Notes under the pieces: model-generated
Told to the model about the DNA's origin: nothing
The model's database searches: none
The model's input: the letters and a program-made list of their open reading frames with translations, nothing else
In this document: positions 14,829-15,459 of the stretch, one piece after another
Position numbering within the stretch: the first letter of the stretch is position 1
Layout: each line of letters opens with the position of its first letter
Translations under genes and position numbers: made by a program
Source of the DNA: Longivirga aurantiaca
GTDB lineage: Bacteria; Actinomycetota; Actinomycetes; S36-B12; CAIYMF01
DNA: 15,459 nucleotides
Reading direction: 5' to 3'
Assembly: GCF_042660085.1 (NCBI RefSeq)
Contig: NZ_JBHSTI010000022.1
Location: 1 to 15,459 of the forward strand

Positions 14829-15391
14829 CGGCCGAAGTCGGTCACCTTCACCGGTATGCCGCTGCGGTCGTACGTCGTCCACTCGCGCACCTGGCGTCCG
14901 CGGTCGAAGCTGCCGCTGCGCATGAGCGACCCGTCCGCCCGCCACCACTGCCAGTCGCCGTGCAGCTCGCCGTTCTTCATCGCGCCCTTGGCCTTGAGGC
15001 CGCCGTCGGGGTAGAAGTCGCGCACCTTCCCCTTCGCATCCGGCACCATCTGCAGCTCGGTGAGCCTGGCCGCGACCAGCTTCTTCACGAGCGGCTTCTT
15101 CAGGGTCTCGCCCGCCGGCACCTTGATCGCACCCTTGGACGTCTCGTACGCCGACAGCGCGTCGCCGAGCGTCGCGACCACCGAGCCGCTGTGCGGCAGG
15201 TACGACCAGTGCTTCGCCGAGCCGGAGAGACCGGCCACGGCCGTGCCGTCGACGGTCCACGCGGGCGCGCCGTACGCCATCGCCTCCTCGGCCCGCGGCA
15301 GCAGACCGCCGAGGAGCGCCCGCATCGCGGTGAGGCTGCTGCGCTGCGGCTCGGGCTGCTGCGCGATGTACGCGTCCATCCCGCTCGTCAT
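14825..15391 (-). CDS. DUF1801 (YdhG/YjbR-like) domain protein with C-terminal MORN/YwqK-like repeats
   Basis: 188 aa; MDAYIAQQPEPQRSSLTAMRALLGGLLPRAEEAMAYGAPAWTVDGTAVAGLSGSAKHWSYLPHSG... then DFYPDGGLKAKGAMKNGELHGDWQWWRADGSLMRSGSFDRGRQVREWTTYDRSG. Confidence 0.75.
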   Translation of the reverse strand: MTSGMDAYIAQQPEPQRSSLTAMRALLGGLLPRAEEAMAYGAPAWTVDGTAVAGLSGSAKHWSYLPHSGSVVATLGDALSAYETSKGAIKVPAGETLKKPLVKKLVAARLTELQMVPDAKGKVRDFYPDGGLKAKGAMKNGELHGDWQWWRADGSLMRSGSFDRGRQVREWTTYDRSGIPVKVTDFGR

Positions 15392-15411
15392 GGCGCGACG
15401 CTACTGCGCAG

Positions 15412-15431
15412 GCACTGACGGGGAACAGTGC
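15412..15431. other. Small inverted repeat upstream of the minus-strand DUF1801 gene
   Basis: GCACTG-acggggaa-CAGTGC. Confidence 0.25.
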
Positions 15432-15459
15432 TGCCGACGCTGCGGTTGGATGTGTCCGT

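Noticed and set aside
15412-15431. GCACTG...CAGTGC as another copy of the hairpin family
   Set aside because: Only 6 bp of stem, wrong loop length (8 nt) and no match to the conserved arm GGAAGCGACGG.
1-15459. CRISPR array, tRNA/rRNA, integrase/transposase, phage or toxin-antitoxin defence island
   Set aside because: No regularly spaced direct repeats, no structural RNA genes and no mobile-element or defence protein motifs were seen; gene content is metabolic and regulatory.

Overview
This is a high-GC actinobacterial-type chromosomal window made mostly of ordinary metabolic genes. In order: a truncated TetR-family regulator end, an acyl-CoA dehydrogenase, an enoyl-CoA hydratase, a LacI-family regulator, a decayed sigma-factor-like remnant, an FeS-BCP-type photolyase/cryptochrome, a 2-oxoacid dehydrogenase E1alpha/E1beta/E2 operon, a serine hydrolase, an MDMPI-type protein (minus strand), an AMP-dependent acyl-CoA synthetase, a hypothetical protein, a nitrilase-family amidohydrolase, an RraB-like protein, and a DUF1801-plus-MORN-like protein (minus strand). 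The most unusual signal is not a gene. A family of about 47-51 nt intergenic hairpins occurs three times (4005-4051, 12954-13004, 13529-13575), all in the same orientation and each 35-60 nt upstream of a plus-strand start codon. Each copy has a stem of about 20 bp, a loop of exactly 7 nt with different sequence, a conserved 3' tail, and two stem positions with compensatory base changes. Other structures worth checking are a 62-nt near-perfect inverted repeat between convergent genes (10519-10580), a dense operator-like array upstream of the LacI gene, and overlapping palindromes upstream of the dehydrogenase operon. No CRISPR array, tRNA, rRNA, transposase or recognisable defence system was seen. 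All family assignments come from reading the protein sequence; no search was run.
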